From Pseudomonadota bacterium (lineage in GTDB: Bacteria > Pseudomonadota > Gammaproteobacteria > Steroidobacterales > Woeseiaceae): a stretch of DNA of 64,000 nucleotides. The translations under genes and the position numbers were made by a program. The number at the start of each line of letters is the position of its first letter. The first letter of the stretch is position 1. The notes under the pieces were generated by a model. That model saw only the letters and a program-made list of their open reading frames with translations, was not told where the DNA came from and made no database searches. Positions 19,236-29,184 of the stretch are shown here, in pieces. The stretch is taken from NCBI GenBank assembly GCA_038529355.1, contig JBCBDU010000001.1, positions 90,565-154,564 of the forward strand, given 5' to 3'.

Positions 19236-19987
19236 TTGGCGTCGAAAACCGGCTGGGCGATGTGCCGCAATCCCTCCACATCAAGCACCTTGACCCGCTT
19301 GCGATCCACCTGCAGCAGACGCGCCACTTTGAATTTGGTGACAACGCGGCTGACGGTTTCTGTGGCCAGCGACAAATAGTTGCCGATATCGCTGCGGGAC
19401 ATGGCCAATTCGAAATCGTGGCCATCCATGCCACGTTGATTCAGTCGTTCGCTGATGTCCAGAAAGAACGCCGCGAGACGCTCGCTGGCCGTAAAATCCA
19501 TCGTGCGCCAGTGTTGACCGGCAAGTTTTCCCGAGAAGAGTCTGAACAACTGCTGCTGCAGACCGCTGGAACAGGCGGACAGCTCGAGCAAGCTCTGATA
19601 GTCGAACTCGCACAACGAAGCGTCACTGAGCGCTTGTACGTTTGCACGATGCTTATGCGAATTAATGGCATCCATACCGATGATTTCGCCAGGAAAATGG
19701 AATCCCTGCACTTGCTCATTGCCATCACGATCCAGCGTGTAGCTCTTGAAGCAGCCGGACCTCACTGCCAGCAAGCCCGCAAATGCATCGCCACGCATTA
19801 CGACATCGCGACCTACGGCGATACCGTCAGTGGTTTCAAGCAGCGCGTCCAGTTTGCCAAGCGTCAGGTCGTCGGAGCCTGATGGCAGGCACAAGTCGCC
19901 GAACGAACAGGCGCTGCAACGCGACTGATCAGAATTCATTTTGGCAGCAGACTGCGCTGGACGAGCGTTTTCTGAAGGTTGCCCCAT
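19232..19987 (-). CDS. fnr: FNR/Anr-type oxygen-sensing transcription regulator (Crp/Fnr family)
   Basis: N-terminal cysteines CSACSFGDLC have the C-x2-C-x5-C spacing of the FNR [4Fe-4S] ligands. cNMP-binding fold and C-terminal HTH (SRSDIGNYLSLATETVSRV). Adjacent to hemN, as in Pseudomonas anr-hemN. Confidence 0.9.
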   Translation of the reverse strand: MGQPSENARPAQSAAKMNSDQSRCSACSFGDLCLPSGSDDLTLGKLDALLETTDGIAVGRDVVMRGDAFAGLLAVRSGCFKSYTLDRDGNEQVQGFHFPGEIIGMDAINSHKHRANVQALSDASLCEFDYQSLLELSACSSGLQQQLFRLFSGKLAGQHWRTMDFTASERLAAFFLDISERLNQRGMDGHDFELAMSRSDIGNYLSLATETVSRVVTKFKVARLLQVDRKRVKVLDVEGLRHIAQPVFDAN

Positions 19988-20038
19988 GACTCGATAATAG
20001 CAACTGACCGACTACCGCACATTGTAGAATGCCCGGTT

Positions 20039-21445
20039 CTAGATAATTTGCGAGCATCGGCGATCATTACGGACAGAATGTCGATCGAAGCATTGCGCGA
20101 CAACGCGCAAAAACACCAACCCTTTTGGGGTCACATCAATGCGATCAGCGCCGCACACCACCAGTCCGTCGCTGGCAAGTGCCTGCAAACCCTGCAACTC
20201 AGCGGCAAAGAACGTATCGGCACACTCGCGAAAGCGCGCGCCCCAGGCGCGTTTGTCAAAACTCGCGTGGCACATGATGTCCTGGATCGCATGGGCAACG
20301 CGCCGATCTTCGGCGGTGGCCACGTAGCCGCGCATAATTGGCCCTGCAGCGGCCATGACACGATCGAAATAGGCCGGCAGCTCCGTCTCAGATTGGAAAT
20401 AGCTACCACCAACCTGGCTGATGGCACTCGCCCCGAACCCTAGCGTGTCGTTGCCGGCGCCCACTGAGTAGCCCTGAAAGTTGCGATGCAACTTGCCGTC
20501 GCGACGCGCCTGCGCCAACGGACTGTCAGTCAGCGCAAAGTGATCCATACCGATAAATTCGTAACCTGCAGCCGACAGACGACTGACGGTCTCGCGAAAA
20601 ATGGCGATCCGCAACTGTGCATCCGGCATATCGTCCGCGCGCAATAATCGTTGCGCCGGGAATCGCTCAGGCAAGTGCGCATAGTTAAAGACACTCAGCG
20701 TATCCGGTTGCAGCGCCACGACAGTGTCGAGCGTGGCGCAGAAACTCTCCACGTTCTGGTGCGGTAAACCGTAGATCAAATCCAGTCCGATGCTTGCGAA
20801 GTTGGCGTCCCGTGCAGCCGTCATCAGTTCGTCAACCAATTGCGGAGAATGCTCCCGGTTCACCGCAGCCTGTACAGCCGGCAAGAAGTCCTGCACACCG
20901 ATACTGATGCGATTAAAACCGATATCGGCCAAACCCTGCACCTCGCTCGCCGGCAGCGTGCGCGGATCAATCTCGATCGAAAAATCGCGTGTAGACTCTG
21001 TTGAGAGCCTGAATGCCTGACCGATGCAATCCATCAGCGACGCGCGCTGCCCGGCATTCAGGTAGGTCGGCGTACCACCACCCCAATGCAACTGATCAAC
21101 GATGCGATCGTCGTCGATCTGCGCCGCCCGTGCGCAAATGTCGCGATGTAACGCCGTCAGGTAGCGCTGCACAACCGCCCTGTTACGGGTGACCTTCTTG
21201 TGGCAACCGCAGTAGTAGCAGAGCGAGCGACAAAAAGGGATGTGGGCATAGAGCGTGAGGTTCGGTGGCACCAGTTGGTCGTTGCTGGCACCGATAGCCT
21301 GTCGCAGCTCGGGCTCGCCAACGTCGGGCGAAAACGACAATGCCGTCGGATACGAGGTATAGCGCGGGCCGCTGACACCATAGCGCCGGATCGTTTCGGC
21401 AGACGGTACTTTTACAGGCATCGGCATGCGCACGGCAGCCTCCAT
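20039..21445 (-). CDS. hemN: Oxygen-independent coproporphyrinogen III oxidase HemN (radical SAM)
   Basis: Start moved to MEAAVRMPMPVKVPSAETIRRYGVSGPRYTSYPTA (ATG 21445). Radical-SAM motif CRSLCYYCGC. The track extension overlaps the ccoN promoter region. Confidence 0.92.
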   Translation of the reverse strand: MEAAVRMPMPVKVPSAETIRRYGVSGPRYTSYPTALSFSPDVGEPELRQAIGASNDQLVPPNLTLYAHIPFCRSLCYYCGCHKKVTRNRAVVQRYLTALHRDICARAAQIDDDRIVDQLHWGGGTPTYLNAGQRASLMDCIGQAFRLSTESTRDFSIEIDPRTLPASEVQGLADIGFNRISIGVQDFLPAVQAAVNREHSPQLVDELMTAARDANFASIGLDLIYGLPHQNVESFCATLDTVVALQPDTLSVFNYAHLPERFPAQRLLRADDMPDAQLRIAIFRETVSRLSAAGYEFIGMDHFALTDSPLAQARRDGKLHRNFQGYSVGAGNDTLGFGASAISQVGGSYFQSETELPAYFDRVMAAAGPIMRGYVATAEDRRVAHAIQDIMCHASFDKRAWGARFRECADTFFAAELQGLQALASDGLVVCGADRIDVTPKGLVFLRVVAQCFDRHSVRNDRRCSQII

Positions 21446-21491
21446 TGATGACTCAGGCCACCGACGGTATCGGCTCGACGCGACGATGTAA

Positions 21492-21505
21492 TTGATCCAG
21501 GTCAT
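21492..21505. promoter_or_regulatory. Candidate FNR/Anr box between hemN and ccoN
   Basis: TTGAT-CCAG-GTCAT matches TTGAT-N4-ATCAA at 8 of 10 positions. Centred about 53 bp from the hemN ATG and about 97 bp from the ccoN ATG. Both genes are classical FNR/Anr targets. Confidence 0.45.
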
Positions 21506-21595
21506 TTGGCGTCGCAGCGCCGCCCGATATATTGCGGGCATCGGCAGTGCGTGGGGCACTGTCGTCACGATTCGCATGAACACGGGATTTTCGAC

Positions 21596-23026
21596 ATGCA
21601 GAACACGACAACCTATAACGATAAGGTCGTGCGGCAGTTCGCACTGGCGACGGTGCTATGGGGCGTTGTCGGCATGCTGGTCGGCGTCATTATCGCCGCC
21701 CAGCTGATTTGGCCGGCCCTGAGCTTCGACCTGCCCTTTCTGACCTACAGTCGCTTGCGACCGCTGCATACCAACGCCGTGATTTTCGCATTCGGCGGCA
21801 GCGCATTGTTCGCGTCGACGTATTACGTCGTACAGCGCACCTGCCACGTACGTCTGGCGTTCGACAAACTCGCCGCGTTCACGTTCTGGGGCTGGCAAGC
21901 CGTGATCGTGCTGGCCGCGGTGACCCTGCCGCTAGGTATTACGCAGAGCAAAGAGTACGCCGAGCTTGAATGGCCCATTGACCTGCTGATTGCCGTGGTA
22001 TGGGTCAGCTTTGCGATTGTCTTTCTGGTCACGATCGGCCGGCGGCGCGTCAAGCACATTTATGTGGCCAACTGGTTCTTCGCCGCATTCATCATTACCG
22101 TCGCCGTGCTGCACATTTTCAACAACCTCGCGATCCCGGTGTCGCTGACGAAGTCCTACCCGATCTACTCAGGCGTCGTCGACGGCATGATGCAGTGGTG
22201 GTACGGGCACAACGCCGTCGGCTTTTTTCTGACGGCAGGCTTTCTCGGCATGATGTATTACTTCGTGCCGAAACAGGCAGGTCGCCCAATCTATTCCTAC
22301 CGCTTGTCGGTGGTGCACTTCTGGGCGCTGATCGCGATCTACATGTGGGCCGGCCCGCATCACCTGCACTACACGTCGCTGCCAGACTGGGCGCAATCGC
22401 TCGGCATGGTGTTTTCGCTCATCCTGCTCGCACCTTCCTGGGGAGGCATGATCAACGGCATGATGACGCTGTCCGGTGCGTGGCATAAGCTGCGCAGCGA
22501 CCCGGTGCTGAAGTTCATGATCGTCGCGCTGTCGTTCTATGGCATGTCCACGTTCGAAGGCCCGATGATGTCGATCAAGACAGTCAACGCGCTCTCGCAC
22601 TACACGGACTGGACGATCGGTCACGTGCACTCCGGCGCGCTCGGCTGGGTTGCGATGATGACGATCGGTTCGATGTATTGCCTGATTCCCCGCTTGTACG
22701 GCAAGACTGAAATGTACTCATCACGCCTGATCAACATCCACTTCTGGATGGCGACGATCGGTGTCGTGCTGTACGCCGCGTCGATGTGGGTATCCGGCAT
22801 CGCACAGGGCCTGATGTGGCGTGCGATCAACGATGACGGCACGTTGACCTACTCGTTCATCGAATCACTGAAGTTCACGTATCCGTACTACGGCATCCGT
22901 TTGCTCGGCGGTCTGTTGTTCTTCCTCAGCATGTTCCTGATGGTCTACAACGTCTGGCGCACGATTCCGCGCAAAAAAGTGGCACCCGTTGCCGTAGCAG
23001 AACCTGCACAGGTGGTACCCGCATGA
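21596..23026 (+). CDS. ccoN: cbb3-type cytochrome c oxidase subunit I CcoN
   Basis: Start at [30 protein letters not shown] (ATG 21596). Polytopic heme-copper oxidase with [10 protein letters not shown]. Confidence 0.95.
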   Translation: MQNTTTYNDKVVRQFALATVLWGVVGMLVGVIIAAQLIWPALSFDLPFLTYSRLRPLHTNAVIFAFGGSALFASTYYVVQRTCHVRLAFDKLAAFTFWGWQAVIVLAAVTLPLGITQSKEYAELEWPIDLLIAVVWVSFAIVFLVTIGRRRVKHIYVANWFFAAFIITVAVLHIFNNLAIPVSLTKSYPIYSGVVDGMMQWWYGHNAVGFFLTAGFLGMMYYFVPKQAGRPIYSYRLSVVHFWALIAIYMWAGPHHLHYTSLPDWAQSLGMVFSLILLAPSWGGMINGMMTLSGAWHKLRSDPVLKFMIVALSFYGMSTFEGPMMSIKTVNALSHYTDWTIGHVHSGALGWVAMMTIGSMYCLIPRLYGKTEMYSSRLINIHFWMATIGVVLYAASMWVSGIAQGLMWRAINDDGTLTYSFIESLKFTYPYYGIRLLGGLLFFLSMFLMVYNVWRTIPRKKVAPVAVAEPAQVVPA

Positions 23027-23628
23027 AACATGAAGCGATTGAGAAAAACATCACATTGATGAGCGTGTTGATCGTACTCGTCATCAGCGTGGGTGGCCTG
23101 ATTGAGATCATCCCGTTGATGACCAGCAGCAGTGAAACGCAACCGATTGATGGCGTCACGCCTTACCCGGCGCTGCAGCTGGCCGGCCGCGACGTCTACA
23201 TCCGCGAGGGTTGCTACGGTTGCCACTCACAGCAGATTCGCCCGTTTCGCTCCGAAACAGAACGTTATGGTCCTTACTCGGTTGCCGGCGAAGCGGTTTA
23301 TGACCGACCGTTCCAGTTCGGCTCCAAGCGCACAGGCCCTGATCTTGCGCGCGTTGGTGGCCGCTACAGCGACGAGTGGCATCGTATCCACTTGCTCAAA
23401 CCGCAAGACCTTGTGCCCGAGTCCAACATGCCGGCGTACCCGTGGCTCAGCGATGCCGAGGTTGATGGCGAGTTAGTCACGCGCAAGCTCAAGGCATTGC
23501 GCAGGCTCGGTGACCCGTACAGCGACGAAGACATCGCCGCGGCTGCTGCGGCAGTCGAGGGCAAGACTGAAATGCAGGCGTTAATCGCCTATTTGCAGGG
23601 CCTCGGCCTTGCGCGCTCGGCGCGCTAA
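23023..23628 (+). CDS. ccoO: cbb3-type cytochrome c oxidase subunit II CcoO (monoheme)
   Basis: 201 aa with an N-terminal TM anchor and CYGCHSQ heme-c site. ATGA overlap with ccoN. Confidence 0.95.
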   Translation: MKHEAIEKNITLMSVLIVLVISVGGLIEIIPLMTSSSETQPIDGVTPYPALQLAGRDVYIREGCYGCHSQQIRPFRSETERYGPYSVAGEAVYDRPFQFGSKRTGPDLARVGGRYSDEWHRIHLLKPQDLVPESNMPAYPWLSDAEVDGELVTRKLKALRRLGDPYSDEDIAAAAAAVEGKTEMQALIAYLQGLGLARSAR

Positions 23629-23640
23629 CAGGAGATACCG

Positions 23641-23814
23641 ATGGAACTGGATATGGGTCTAATTCGCGGCGTCATTTCGGCGCTGGTGTTTGCATTGTTT
23701 ATCGGCATCGGCTTGTGGAGCTACAGCAGCAAGCGCAAGGATGACTTCGACGACGCAGCCGTATTGCCGCTCGTCGACGATCAAACGCCGGCACAGAACG
23801 GGAGTACATCATGA
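23641..23814 (+). CDS. ccoQ: cbb3 oxidase small subunit CcoQ
   Basis: 57-aa ORF, below the track cutoff: MELDMGLIRGVISALVFALFIGIGLWSYSSKRKDDFDDAAVLPLVDD... One TM helix followed by the W.Y...K..FD.AA..PL motif typical of CcoQ/FixQ. Its TGA overlaps the ccoP ATG. Confidence 0.7.
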   Translation: MELDMGLIRGVISALVFALFIGIGLWSYSSKRKDDFDDAAVLPLVDDQTPAQNGSTS

Positions 23815-24713
23815 GTCAGGGCATGAGCTGGTTCGTCATTATCGGCACGCTGCTGAGTATCATTGCCACCTTCTGGCTGATCGTCTGGGCGGGTCGCCAG
23901 GGTCCGCAAGCCGAAGAAGGTGCCGAGAATACCGGGCACGTCTGGGACGGCTTGGTTGAGCGCAATGAGCCGTTGCCACGCTGGTGGCTCGGGCTGTTTG
24001 TGTTGACGCTGGTGTTCGGCGTCGGCTACCTCGTGTGGTATCCGGGCATGGGTGCATTCGCTGGCACCAGTGGCTGGTCACAGGCTGCGCAGTACGATGA
24101 AGAAGTGCAGGCAGCGGAAGCGCGCTACGGTGCAATCTTCGCTGCGTTCCGCGACATGCCGGCCACAGAGATTGTGCATGACGAAGATGCGTTGCGCATT
24201 GGTCGCAGCCTGTTCTCGAACTATTGCACGCAATGCCACGGCTCGCTTGGCTATGGCGCCGCGTCGTTCCCGAACCTTGCGGACAGCGATTGGCTGTACG
24301 GCGGCGATCTGGCCAGCATCAACACCAGCATCCTGAATGGTCGCAAGGGCCTGATGCCCGCTTTGGGTGCGGTGTTTGCAGACGACGCCGCATTAAGTGG
24401 CATGGTCGAGTACGTTCGCAACCTGTCGATCAGTCAAGACACCAGCGCACCGGCGCACGGGCAATACATTGCGCTGTGCAGTGCCTGCCATGGCGCGACC
24501 GGTGACGGCATGACCGCATTGGGTGCACCGCGTCTGAACGATGACGTCTGGTTGTACGGTAGCTCACCAGAGACGATCCGCGAGACGATTGTCAACGGAC
24601 GGCAAGGCGTGATGCCTGCGCACGACAAATTCCTTGGCGAGGATCGTGTGCGCTTGATTGCCGCCTACGTGTACAGCTTGTCGAATGCAGATGCTGCCGA
24701 CGGCGACGACTAA
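23811..24713 (+). CDS. ccoP: cbb3-type cytochrome c oxidase subunit III CcoP (diheme)
   Basis: 300 aa with an N-terminal TM helix and two heme-c sites, CTQCHG and CSACHG. Confidence 0.93.
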   Translation: MSQGMSWFVIIGTLLSIIATFWLIVWAGRQGPQAEEGAENTGHVWDGLVERNEPLPRWWLGLFVLTLVFGVGYLVWYPGMGAFAGTSGWSQAAQYDEEVQAAEARYGAIFAAFRDMPATEIVHDEDALRIGRSLFSNYCTQCHGSLGYGAASFPNLADSDWLYGGDLASINTSILNGRKGLMPALGAVFADDAALSGMVEYVRNLSISQDTSAPAHGQYIALCSACHGATGDGMTALGAPRLNDDVWLYGSSPETIRETIVNGRQGVMPAHDKFLGEDRVRLIAAYVYSLSNADAADGDD

Positions 24714-24726
24714 AGGCACCTGACGC

Positions 24727-25002
24727 ATGACGAGCGAATGGCCAAGAGATACGCAAAAGCGCGCGCTGCTCGTGTGGCTGTCGTTCCTGAACGCAACCGT
24801 CATGAGCCTCGTCTTCTTTGCCTTCGTCGATCCGCTGCTGATTGTTGATGAGATGAACATCACCGCGCTGCAGGGTCGCGAGATGGGTTATGCGCTGGTG
24901 TTCTTTTTCTTCTGGGCTGGCTCTGCCAGCAGCGCATGGCTGTGTCTGCGACTGGCGCGCCGCAAACGTCAGGGGCCCAAACCCGTGGGCAACAGCCAAT
25001 GA
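24727..25002 (+). CDS. Small two-TM membrane protein inserted between ccoP and ccoG
   Basis: 91 aa with two hydrophobic helices (LLVWLSFLNATVMSLVFFAFV, GYALVFFFFWAGSASSAWLCL) and a basic tail. Its TGA overlaps the ccoG ATG (ATGA). Confidence 0.5.
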   Translation: MTSEWPRDTQKRALLVWLSFLNATVMSLVFFAFVDPLLIVDEMNITALQGREMGYALVFFFFWAGSASSAWLCLRLARRKRQGPKPVGNSQ

Positions 25003-26384
25003 CTGAAACCAGCGTACCTGTCGAATCAGTTGGCCTTTATCGCAGCGAAGGTAAGATCTATCCGCGCGAGATTCGCGGACGCTTCGCAACGCTGCGCAAA
25101 CTGGCGATGCTGGTGTTGCTTAGCCTGTTCTACTTCGGTCCGTTTCTGACCTGGAACGGTCGTCAAGCTGTCCTGTTCGATTTACCGGCACGCAAGTTCT
25201 ACATCTTTAGCCTGACGCTATGGCCGCAGGATTTTCTATTTCTGGCGTTGCTGCTGATCATCGCCGCAGTTTGCCTGTTCTACTTCACCGCACTCGGAGG
25301 GCGGCTGTGGTGCGGCTATGCGTGCCCGCAAACCGTCTGGACCGAAGCCTTCACATGGATCGAGCAGCGCTTTGAGGGCAGCCGCAACCAACAGATGAAA
25401 CTGGACAAGGCGCCGTGGTCGTTCAATAAGCTGTGGCGCAAAGCGGGCAAGCAAACGGCGTGGATCGTGTTGTCACTGATTACCGGTTTTTGCTTTGTCG
25501 GCTATTTCACGCCAGTGCAGGAGCTTGCGCAAAACATCGCCACACTGAACGTGGGCGGCTGGGCGTTTTTCTGGATTATCTTCTACGGCTTCGCCACCTA
25601 CGGCAATGCCGGTTTCATGCGTGAGCAAGTGTGTAAGTACATGTGTCCCTACGCGCGCTTCCAGAGCGCAATGTTCGACAAGGACACGATGATCATCACG
25701 TACGACCCGGCGCGTGGTGAGCCGCGCGGCAGCCGCTCGCGCAAAGCCGAGCGCGGCGCCGGCGGCAAAGGCGACTGCATTGATTGCACGCTGTGCGTGC
25801 AGGTGTGCCCTACGGGTATCGACATCCGCGAAGGCTTGCAATACGAGTGCATCGCGTGCGCCGCGTGCATCGACGCATGCGATGGCGTCATGGACAAGAT
25901 GAACTATCCGCGCGGTCTGATTCGTTACAGCACCGAACATGCAATGTCCGGCGGCGTCACACGCATCTGGCGCCCGCGCATCATTTTCTACACGCTCGTG
26001 CTAGCTGCGCTGCTTGGCAGTTTCGCTTATGCGCTGATCAACAAGCCGCCTGTGATTCTCGATGTACTGCGCGACCGCAATGCGCTGTATCGCGACATTG
26101 GTCGCGCCGGCATCGAGAATACGTATGCGCTACGCATCATCAACAAAGGTCAGCAAGCGCACAGCTACGCCATCAGTGTTGCCGGTATCCCCGGTATCAA
26201 ACTCACCACGCCAAGCGAGATCTCCATGGACGCCGAATCGCTATATGAGTTGCCTGCCGCTGTAACGGTTCCGCACGAGCATGCCAGCGGCGGACAGATT
26301 ATTACCTTCACGCTGCGCAGCACCGATGGCAGCAACATCACCATTACTGAGGAGAGTCGCTTTCGCGGCCCGGTCAAGAGATAA
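24999..26384 (+). CDS. ccoG: cbb3 oxidase assembly ferredoxin CcoG/FixG
   Basis: Start at MTETSVPVESVGLYRSEGKIYPREIRGRF (ATG 24999). TM helices and two [4Fe-4S] motifs, CIDCTLCVQVCP and CIACAACIDAC. Confidence 0.92.
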   Translation: MTETSVPVESVGLYRSEGKIYPREIRGRFATLRKLAMLVLLSLFYFGPFLTWNGRQAVLFDLPARKFYIFSLTLWPQDFLFLALLLIIAAVCLFYFTALGGRLWCGYACPQTVWTEAFTWIEQRFEGSRNQQMKLDKAPWSFNKLWRKAGKQTAWIVLSLITGFCFVGYFTPVQELAQNIATLNVGGWAFFWIIFYGFATYGNAGFMREQVCKYMCPYARFQSAMFDKDTMIITYDPARGEPRGSRSRKAERGAGGKGDCIDCTLCVQVCPTGIDIREGLQYECIACAACIDACDGVMDKMNYPRGLIRYSTEHAMSGGVTRIWRPRIIFYTLVLAALLGSFAYALINKPPVILDVLRDRNALYRDIGRAGIENTYALRIINKGQQAHSYAISVAGIPGIKLTTPSEISMDAESLYELPAAVTVPHEHASGGQIITFTLRSTDGSNITITEESRFRGPVKR

Positions 26385-26387
26385 CTG

Positions 26388-26558
26388 ATGCAAGACAACG
26401 TCACTCATGTTCCCTGGCACCGAATCCCGGCTTTTTGGCTGATGATCGGTATTCCGACCGCAACGGTTATCGGCTGCCTGTTCACGATCTATCTGGCTGT
26501 CAGCAACCCGGACCCGGTGTTGCAACGCACGCCAACGACCGCGGTGCAGACAGACTGA
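26388..26558 (+). CDS. Minimal CcoH/FixH-like membrane peptide (TM segment only)
   Basis: 56-aa ORF, below the track cutoff: MQDNVTHVPWHRIPAFWLMIGIPTATVIGCLFTIYLAVSNPDPVLQRTPTTAVQTD. PW.R.P.FW plus one TM helix resembles the FixH N-terminus. It occupies the ccoH slot, 3 nt after ccoG and 2 nt before ccoI. Confidence 0.5.
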   Translation: MQDNVTHVPWHRIPAFWLMIGIPTATVIGCLFTIYLAVSNPDPVLQRTPTTAVQTD

Positions 26559-26560
26559 CG

Positions 26561-29011
26561 ATGACGGCGCGCTGCTTCCATTGCGATGACACCATCCACG
26601 CCGGTACGCTCGTGCGGGCGACGCTTGCGAGCGGCACTGTCGATGTCTGCTGCATTGGCTGTCAGGCGGCGGCGCAGTTTATCGATAGTGCCGGCCTTGG
26701 CGGGTTTTATACGCATCGCTCAATCAGCGAAGCGCAGCAGTTGCGACCAACGACCCACGACTACGCCAGCTACGATCAGGCAGCGATGCTGGAGCGTTAC
26801 GTCATACAGCACGACGCTGCGAGTGAAGTCACGCTATACGTCAGCGATATCAGTTGTGCGGCTTGCATATGGCTCATCGAACGTTTGCTTGGCGATCAGC
26901 CCGGCGTACAACAAGTGAGCGCGAACCCGGTTAGCCGGCGCGTTACCGTGCACTGGGATCGCAATACGCTGCCACTGAGCGCGGTGCTGGCATTGCTGGC
27001 GCATGTTGGTTTTGACGCAGAACCGGTTATCCCCGGCACGCAATCGGATAGCGAGCGACGCGACTATCGTCAGGCGATTCGCCGGCTCGTGGTTGCCGGC
27101 GTGTTCGGCATGCAAGTCATGATGTTTGCGATCGGTTTGTATGCCGGTGAGTTTTACGGCATGAGCGAAGGCAGTGCGCAGTTGCTACGCGTGACAAGCC
27201 TCGTCGCGGTACTGCCGATCATCGGTTTCGCCGCTTGGCCGTTTTTTCGCAACGCGTTCTACAGCCTGAGACGCGGCCGCCCGGGCATGGATGTGCCGGT
27301 TTCGTTAGCGATCAGCATTGCCTTTCTCGCCTCTTTGCTGGCAACGCTTGGCCTGGGCAATGCGGTTTATTTTGACTCAATTGCCATGTTTGTTTTGCTG
27401 CTGTGCACCAGCCGCTTTCTGGAAATGCGCGCACGCCATCGCGCCGACGATCATGCGCGGGCGCTGCAGCGGATGTTGCCGACCACCGCACGGCGAATCA
27501 CCGCATCAGGCGATGTCGAATCGATGCCCGTTGACGCGCTGGCAGTCGACGACCTGTTGCGCTTCTCTGCAGGCGATGTCGTTGCCGCCGACACGCAATT
27601 GACGCACGGACAGCTTGGTATCGACAACAGCATGATGACCGGCGAATCGGACACGGTGATATGCGCGGCAGGCGACACTGTGCTGGCCGGCAGTCGCGTC
27701 GTTAGCGGCGGCGCCGACGGTCAGGTGACGGCCACCGGCAACGCAACCGCCCTGGCAGAAGTCGCACGGTTGATCGAACAGGCACAGCAGGATCGCTCTG
27801 CCTGGCAGTCCATTGCCGATCGGATCGCCAGCGTGTTTACGTTGGCTGTGCTGGGTATTGCCGGCATCACGGCCGCGCTCTGGTGGCAATGGCAACCGTC
27901 ACGCACGCTGGATGTCGTTCTCGCAGTTTTGATCGTAGCTTGCCCCTGCGCGCTCGCATTGGCAGCGCCAACGGCATTGGCGCGTGCCGCAGGTAGTCTG
28001 GCGCGTTACGGTTTGCTCATTGTGCGCAGTCGCGTGCTGGAGCTGATTCGGGCCAACACGACCATTGTGCTGGACAAAACGGGCACGTTGACGACAGGTA
28101 AACCGGCTATCCACACGGTTAACCTGCAGACTGAAAACACGATGGACCAGGACTCGGTGCTGCGCATTGCCGCTGCACTGGAAGCGAGTTCGACGCATGC
28201 TCTAGCTGGCCTGTTCGGCCCCTATGGCGATGACCGCGTGCGCGCAGATGGCAGCGCGCAAGAGAGTATTGGCGCCGGCGTTGAAGGCACGATCGATGGC
28301 GTGCGGTATCGCGTTGGCTCGCGAGCGTTTGTCTGCGCGCTGAGTGACACGCAAACAGACACACTACCCACACCCGAAATGACAGAAGTTTGTGTTGGTG
28401 ACAGCGCTGGCGTGCTTGCCCGCATCCACGTCTGCGATCAACTGCGACCCGACACCGGCGAGACCTTGCATGCGCTTCGACAGGCGGGCTGCGCCATTGT
28501 GGTCGCCAGCGGCGACAACGCAGCGGCGGTCGGCAGCGTTGCTGCACAACTGGATCTGGACAACTGGCACAGCGATATGACGCCGACCGACAAGCTGGCA
28601 CTGGTGCGATCGCTGAAGCGCGACGGCACAACCGTGATCATGATCGGTGATGGCGTCAACGATGCGCCGGTATTAGCGGCGGCCGATGCATCGATTGCGA
28701 TTGCCGATGGCACCGCACTAGCGCGCGCCAGCGCCGATGCACTGTTGCTCGGAAAGTCGCTGCGACCGCTGCAGACGCTAATGGCGACCGCACAAAAAAC
28801 GCGACGGATTATCACGCAGAGCCTCGCGTGGGCCGCCAGCTACAACATCATCGCGATCACGCTAGCCGCGACCGGCGTCGTTGCGCCCTGGATGGCAGCA
28901 ATTGGCATGTCAGCCAGCTCGCTTTTGGTTGTTGGCAACGCACTGCGCATCGGCGCCACGTCATCGACTACCGCCGACCCACACACAACACTGCACAAGG
29001 CAATCGTATGA
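26561..29011 (+). CDS. ccoI: Copper-translocating P1B-type ATPase CcoI/FixI
   Basis: Start at MTARCFHCDD (ATG 26561). N-terminal Cys-rich domain, HMA motif SCAAC, CPC in a TM helix, DKTGTLT, GDGVNDAP. Confidence 0.93.
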   Translation: MTARCFHCDDTIHAGTLVRATLASGTVDVCCIGCQAAAQFIDSAGLGGFYTHRSISEAQQLRPTTHDYASYDQAAMLERYVIQHDAASEVTLYVSDISCAACIWLIERLLGDQPGVQQVSANPVSRRVTVHWDRNTLPLSAVLALLAHVGFDAEPVIPGTQSDSERRDYRQAIRRLVVAGVFGMQVMMFAIGLYAGEFYGMSEGSAQLLRVTSLVAVLPIIGFAAWPFFRNAFYSLRRGRPGMDVPVSLAISIAFLASLLATLGLGNAVYFDSIAMFVLLLCTSRFLEMRARHRADDHARALQRMLPTTARRITASGDVESMPVDALAVDDLLRFSAGDVVAADTQLTHGQLGIDNSMMTGESDTVICAAGDTVLAGSRVVSGGADGQVTATGNATALAEVARLIEQAQQDRSAWQSIADRIASVFTLAVLGIAGITAALWWQWQPSRTLDVVLAVLIVACPCALALAAPTALARAAGSLARYGLLIVRSRVLELIRANTTIVLDKTGTLTTGKPAIHTVNLQTENTMDQDSVLRIAAALEASSTHALAGLFGPYGDDRVRADGSAQESIGAGVEGTIDGVRYRVGSRAFVCALSDTQTDTLPTPEMTEVCVGDSAGVLARIHVCDQLRPDTGETLHALRQAGCAIVVASGDNAAAVGSVAAQLDLDNWHSDMTPTDKLALVRSLKRDGTTVIMIGDGVNDAPVLAAADASIAIADGTALARASADALLLGKSLRPLQTLMATAQKTRRIITQSLAWAASYNIIAITLAATGVVAPWMAAIGMSASSLLVVGNALRIGATSSTTADPHTTLHKAIV

Positions 29012-29184
29012 GCATTCTCGGACTGTTAATACCCTTGGGGCTCATCCTGTTGTGCGTGTTCGTTGGTGCATTCTTCTGGGCAAGCGGCAACGGGCAATTC
29101 GATGACCTCGACAGCCCTGCAATGCGCATCGTGCTCGACGACGACAGCAAGCCGGCCGCCACATCGCAGCGAGACGAAGCATGA
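29008..29184 (+). CDS. ccoS: cbb3 oxidase maturation protein CcoS/FixS
   Basis: 58 aa: MSILGLLIPLGLILLCVFVGAFFWASGNGQFDDLDSPAMRIVLDDD. ATGA overlaps on both sides. Hidden inside longer track ORF 28828..29184. Confidence 0.85.
   Translation: MSILGLLIPLGLILLCVFVGAFFWASGNGQFDDLDSPAMRIVLDDDSKPAATSQRDEA

Noticed and set aside
26435-26560. N-terminal extensions proposed by the ORF track. Shown here for ccoI; the same issue affects flgI, flgB, flgA, flgN, hemN, ccoN, ccoG, the Lrp gene and all three TonB-dependent receptors.
   Set aside because: The extensions overlap upstream genes or promoters and lack signal-peptide or family similarity. Internal ATGs with SD sequences give the canonical N-termini.
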